Assembly: GCA_039096225.1 (NCBI GenBank)
Contig: JBBPEB010000007.1
Coordinates: 1,178,001-1,242,000 of the forward strand
Direction: 5' to 3'
DNA: 64,000 bases
Source: Blastocystis sp. Blastoise
Taxonomy: Eukaryota; Protista; Bigyra: Opalinata
Shown here piece by piece: positions 56,248 to 64,000 of the stretch. The position numbers and the translations under genes are program-made. Each line of letters begins with the position of its first letter. The first letter of the stretch is position 1. The notes below the pieces were generated by a model. That model had not been told where the DNA came from. It worked only from the letters and a program-made list of their open reading frames with translations, and made no database searches.

Positions 56248-57612
56248 ATGGAAAACGAACAAGAACGATCAAACGTTGAACTTGAAATGCCAATCAGTAG
56301 TGACGACCACTTAATTCATAATCAATATTCCTTTTGGAGAACCATTCAGAAATCTGACCCTGCTGAAACAGATAATTATGATAAAACCATCGAAGAAATA
56401 GGTAGTTTCAAGACAGTAGAAGGATTCTGGGCTCTTTATTGTAGTTTACCAAAAATTGAGAATTCTACACATTTGGATTACTTTTTATTTAGAGTATTTT
56501 TTGAATCACAGTATTCTATAGTTATTTTTTTTTTAATCTTTGTTCATTTCTTTTTTTCACGTTAACATAATATTTTATATTATATTTATGCATTTATAAA
56601 ATCTAGCAAGGAATTCAACCATTATGGGAACATCCTGCTAATATAAATGGTGGACAATGGTCAATTACTATATATCCTAAACCACTTGTTCCTTATTTAT
56701 GGGAAGATCTTGTATGTATTTTTTTTTAATGCTTTATTTATGTTGTAATAAGAGTGTCAAGTAGTGTTTATATATGGTTGACCTTTTTTATTTAGTTTAT
56801 GTTTATTGTTAATATTATATGTATATGTATATATAGATATTAGCAGTAATAGGTGAACAATTTGATGTGGGTATGGAGATTTGTGGTGTGTCGTTGAATG
56901 TACGTGCAAAACGTTGTACCATTTCTGTTTGGAATAAAACATTTGAAAATCATGTCGCTACTTCAAAAATTAAGTATGTTTTTATATATTCTTTTAGTTT
57001 AATTGAATTCGAATATATCTATTATAATATTTAGTTGTATATTTTATATACTATAATATTTATATACTATTCTATTTTATATACGTATATACTCTTTAGA
57101 GATTCCTTACAGCGTATATTGAGTTTACCTCATTTTGTTCCTATGCAATATACAAAGAGTAAAGATTTAATTAATAAAGATATCCCTACTACTACTAATA
57201 CTAGTAGTAATACTAATAGTAATAGTAATGGTGATATAACGACAGAGACCGCTACAGAGAAAGAGAAAGAAACTAATGATAGTACACAGTATATATATAT
57301 ATATATATAAACAAGTGAATCGAAAGCATTGTTTATCTATATATATATTCTCTTCTATATATATATATAATATCTTATATATATATATATAGTTCTGAGT
57401 CTTATAAGCCTTGGAAGTCGGAGAGATATACGAATCATTATGATAATGAGAGTTCAAGTGGATATAAGCCTTATGTGAAGTCCTATGATTATAAACGATC
57501 CTATAGTGATAGAAACTCAAAGAAAACCTATGGGTCCGACAGTATGAATTGGAGAAATAGCAATACAGAAAAGAAGGAAGAAACAAAAGAAGAAGAAACT
57601 ACTATGGAATAA
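56248..57612 (+). CDS. eIF4E family cap-binding protein, class II (4EHP/nCBP-like)
   Basis: HLIHNQYSFW, DNY, FKTVEGFW, FLFRQGIQPLWEHPANINGGQW, WEDLILAVIGEQF, ICGVSLNVR and ISVWNK. Tyr occupies the positions equivalent to W43 and W56. Confidence 0.88.
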
Positions 57613-58091
57613 CCACGGGAGAGAATACGTTATCGATGAATATATTGTAGAGCTATATATATATATATATATAGTTCTTTCTTTATTATTCTATTGTCTG
57701 TTTCCTATACATAATTTTTTTTTCCATTTTGAAAATGACATACTTTTTACACTTTTATATTTTTTGACATATATATATATAATTATATTATAAAATTGTA
57801 ATATAATTTATATAATCGTGTTATTTTTCTAGCATTATTCTATAAAAGGGGGATTTTTAGTCAGTTTTTTTATTTTTGTTTTGTTTCTTCTTTATATATG
57901 AGTATTTAATTGAGTTGTTTAAATGACTTGTCATTATTCAAATGATACGGGACAAAACATTATACAATCGTTTATAAAGAATACTTTATAGGAATCATAG
58001 TAATATTATTAACAAATAATAAAAAGAGAGATTTCAAACAACAACAAAAAGTCACTTTTCGTAACTAGAAATGAATGAAATTCAGATGTTC

Positions 58092-60772
<2,681 letters not shown>

Positions 60773-61218
60773 TATGTATTCAAAATAGAGAGTAAAAAGA
60801 GGAAATGAAATGTGAACAATTTGAGTTAATTTTGCCACACAATTATTTGATATTTGATTGGCGTTTTTCTTTTTAATTCTTTTAAATTCTCAATTTATTT
60901 TTTTCGATAAGACTCAATCATTCTTTGTTATGTAAATTTTTCATGTAATTTGATATGCCGAGATAATATGGCAATTATTAGCATCATGAAATAGATAAAA
61001 AGAATCTATGACAACAATAATATCATGGAAATATATAAAATAAATGAAATAACTTGATAAAAAAACAAACAAAAAAAGTATATCAAACAAGAACAAATAA
61101 TAGCAAATATAAAAAAACATGATAATTTGTATAACAATCAACATTTTGATTTCAAGAGACGGGTTTTAGTTTCCTGATTTAAAAGAAATTCTCAGATTAG
61201 CTGAATACATAGATTTCT

Positions 61219-62233
61219 TTAATATAATATTTCAAAATGATCATGTTCTTGATGAGAACCTTTTGGTTGTTTAATTTTTTCGAAGTTTTTGGTTAATTTA
61301 TCATAAAGAACACAGTAAGAATTACGAAGATCCATAATGCCATGTCTTAACGACAATGCACTATATATCAATAATAATATATCAAAAAAAAAACATATCA
61401 ATAATAATATATCAAAAAAAAAACATATCAATAATAATATATCAAAAAAAAAACATATGAATAAATAGTTAAATTAAGATAAGTATATATACGCTCTTTG
61501 ATCCAAATAACTACAACTCATGTCAATATCGATAATGTAGGGTGTCTTTAAAATCTAGAAAATATATATAAATAATAAAATATATTATTTTCTTAAAGAA
61601 AAAGAATAAATAATGATATAGAAATACATCTTGTATAGTTTCTCCACGATCTGCAAAATAGGAAGAAAGAGACTCTAATAATGTGCTGGTTGAAGATCTA
61701 CCTTCATCAAGCATCTCTAGCATATCTCCCTAAATAAGAAATTAATATTGTATTTCTTTAAAATATGTTCATGTTATAAATAGTTTAAAATAGTTAAAAA
61801 TAATGAAATATATTGAAATATATTTTTTAAATATTGGAGAGAAGAAAATATACTTGAACTTCCACACCAAAATTATTTCCTTCTTCCATTTTAGGGACAT
61901 TCAATTGAATCCAGAATTTTAGTGTAATACACATATCAAGAAAATCATATAATTCATTTTTTATAACAGGAAGGAAAGTCATAATTGTTGGATTGCATTC
62001 AATAACATTGTCATAAACATTTATTTTGATTTCAGAAGAATCCAAAACAGATGCATGAAGTAATTCTTGACTCAAAGTACTTAGCTTCTTAATTTTTTCT
62101 GGTAATACATAATTGATAATATGCTCTGCTGATTCTCCTTGTGTTTTTGTGATATTTTGACAATACTATACATGGATAATGATAATATTTATAGATAAAA
62201 CACATTTAATAATTCTGGATCGACCTTATTCAT
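61219..62233 (-). CDS. Proteasome activator PA28/REG (PSME3-like) subunit
   Basis: LKFWIQLNVPKMEEGNNFGVEVQ (activation loop), YFADRG and DLRNSYCVLYDKLTKNFEKIKQPK. Confidence 0.9.
61364..61458 (-). repeat. Intronic 30-bp minisatellite, 3 copies
   Basis: ATATCAATAATAATATATCAAAAAAAAAAC repeated in the last PA28 intron. Confidence 0.85.
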
Positions 62234-63503
62234 TTTTTAAAGAAAAAAATATATAAATAAAGACAGGTCACAAAAATATATACTAGAAAATATTCTTTTT
62301 TGAATTTGAAATAATAGATAATGGAGATTCTTACACATATTTATATTTTATAATTTGAATAAATTCTGTTTTGAAATCATATACTTATAGAGTTGTTCCT
62401 TATATATCTTATTTTAATTTTTGGTTCTAGGTCATTTAAAAATTGTATATTCCAAAAAACAAATAACGCAAATATGAAATACATATGTGCACATATTCAT
62501 CTGATGAAATGCCAATCGATATAAATTATGAGTTTTAAATTGAAATTTGTTACTCTTTTTCTTCCATGTAACATTATTTACTCATAATTAAATTCTAAAT
62601 GTTTTCTACATTATTTCGATGATATTGTTATAATAATAAAGTTTTAAAATTTTTACTTTTCTTCTACATTCGAATCTTAACAAGAACGTATATGTATGTT
62701 GTTGTATATATTTAATGATACTGATTATTTATATTATTTTAATAATGCATAACTGTTTGAACGAAGAATATATATAGATTATTTCACTAATCTTCTAGTT
62801 ATTCTCGTCAAACAAGTTCTCCTTCATTAAATTTTTGCTTTATATAGGTAAAAACCATATCTAGTTCTTATACGGATCTTTATGTTGCTGACTATATGCT
62901 AATTAGATTTAAATATCAACGAATGTGATTTGAAGAGAAACACAACTATTTATATTCTATAATTATATATATACTATCTCAATCTCTTTATCAAATGCAT
63001 ATATATCTGTTTTCATATCGAATAAATCAATAATGTTTAAATAAAAATAATTACTAAGCATAATAGAAGAATAACTATAGTCTATTACGGAAGAGAAATA
63101 CTCTTTCTAAAACCGAATATCGATTATATACAATTGTGATTGATTATACAAATAGTAGATAACAAAAAAAATATTACCATATGAACTCTTTAAAACGAAA
63201 TTCCATGAAAAACTATTGATTGTGATTTGTAGTGTTATGAAACAATTAAATAAATGCTTTATTATCACATAATCTACAATTAGTATACATCAACCTCTAT
63301 GATTAAGATCATCGAATTCTTCATATTATTGGAATATCGATTCATTTATTTTTCTTCTTTTTGGAGCTATTCCTCACTTTGGTTCCACCAATGATTTATT
63401 GTTTTCTTTTCATTTACCAATGATCTATATGAAAAAGAATAACTGGCACTATTCTTTCCCATGGAAATTCCACTGTTGACCGCAGAATTATTGAAAGAAC
63501 CGT

Positions 63504-63528
63504 GTTCTCGAATATTCTAGGCTATTCT
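63504..63528. promoter_or_regulatory. Heat-shock element upstream of the sHSP-like gene
   Basis: gTTCtcGAAtaTTCtaGgctaTTCt, about 145 bp upstream of the ATG at 63673. Confidence 0.6.
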
Positions 63529-63672
63529 CTTTTTCTTTTCTTTTCTATTTTCTTCTTTGATGTTTATCATGGTTAACGACTCTATTTGAAAATATGTTTT
63601 AATACTTCTTCATAAATTATTTAATTTAAAAAAAGTTTATTAAAAGTTATTTTATAAAGTTATTGATTAACA

Positions 63673-64000
63673 ATGAGTTTCTTATTTGGTGATTATGATC
63701 CTTTCTTTGATGCTTACAGAGCTGCTCCTCGTCGTGATTTCTTCAGACCTTCTTTCTTCTTAAATAGTATTATTCCTGATGAAGAACAAGAAGAACCTGA
63801 AGCTGAAACTAAACAAACAAATACTTGTGATAATAAAAATTGTCCTTGTCCTGCTGGTACTTGTACTTGTCCTAAAGGTGAATGTAAATGTACAAAAGAA
63901 CAATGTAATTGTCCTAAGAAGAATAATAAGAAGAATATGAATACTCTTACTAGACAAAGAAGTAATCAGTTGATTCATCCTACTTCTGGATTTGGTCGTT
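63673..64000 (+). CDS. Probable small heat-shock protein (Hsp20) N-terminus with Cys-rich insert; truncated by the window end and missing from the ORF track
   Basis: Open from the ATG at 63673 to the window end: MSFLFGDYDPFFDAYRAAPRRDFFRPSFF...CDNKNCPCPAGTCTCPKGECKCTKEQCNCP...HPTSGFGR. The DPF-type N-terminus and upstream HSE suggest an sHSP, but the alpha-crystallin domain is not visible. Confidence 0.55.
   Translation, partial: MSFLFGDYDPFFDAYRAAPRRDFFRPSFFLNSIIPDEEQEEPEAETKQTNTCDNKNCPCPAGTCTCPKGECKCTKEQCNCPKKNNKKNMNTLTRQRSNQLIHPTSGFGR

Noticed and set aside
57253-57261. TACAGAGAA (METTL16 target nonamer) in an eIF4E exon
   Set aside because: A single AG-rich match within Thr-Glu-Lys codons with no evident hairpin; likely chance.
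62700-63462. Possible minus-strand relic ORF upstream of the sHSP-like gene
   Set aside because: Short frames broken by stops, with no coherent product.

Overview
Extremely AT-rich, intron-rich, gene-dense eukaryotic (protist) DNA in the standard genetic code. A stramenopile or Blastocystis-like origin is a low-confidence inference from the histone sequences and gene content. About 21 protein genes can be assembled by hand across GT-AG introns: a U2AF65-like RRM protein, two MFS transporters, an INTS8-like protein, eIF2B-epsilon, a P4-ATPase flippase, Erv1/ALR, a divergent H3/H4 pair, METTL16, a DUF2892-like protein, CK2-beta, PNKP, an acylated ankyrin-like protein, an unknown protein, a very large E2F-family protein, prohibitin-2, a GT77-like glycosyltransferase, class II eIF4E, PA28 and a partial small-HSP-like gene. 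There is also one full-length Tc1 (DD34E) transposon with perfect TIRs and a frameshifted transposase. Most ORF-track entries made of YIYI, poly-I or poly-L are microsatellite artefacts. The most notable observations are: (1) a GC-rich motif CRCGGG(RAT) recurring at 17 sites in gene bodies on both strands; (2) spliceosomal introns that are essentially pure self-complementary GT(AT)nAG; (3) an identical 36-nt histone 3' stem-loop plus downstream element after both H3 and H4; (4) a perfect heat-shock element inside the transposon; (5) a metallothionein-like CxC repeat in an HSE-preceded sHSP-like gene; (6) an Erv1 with a presequence and rewired cysteines. Gene boundaries were spliced by eye and are approximate.
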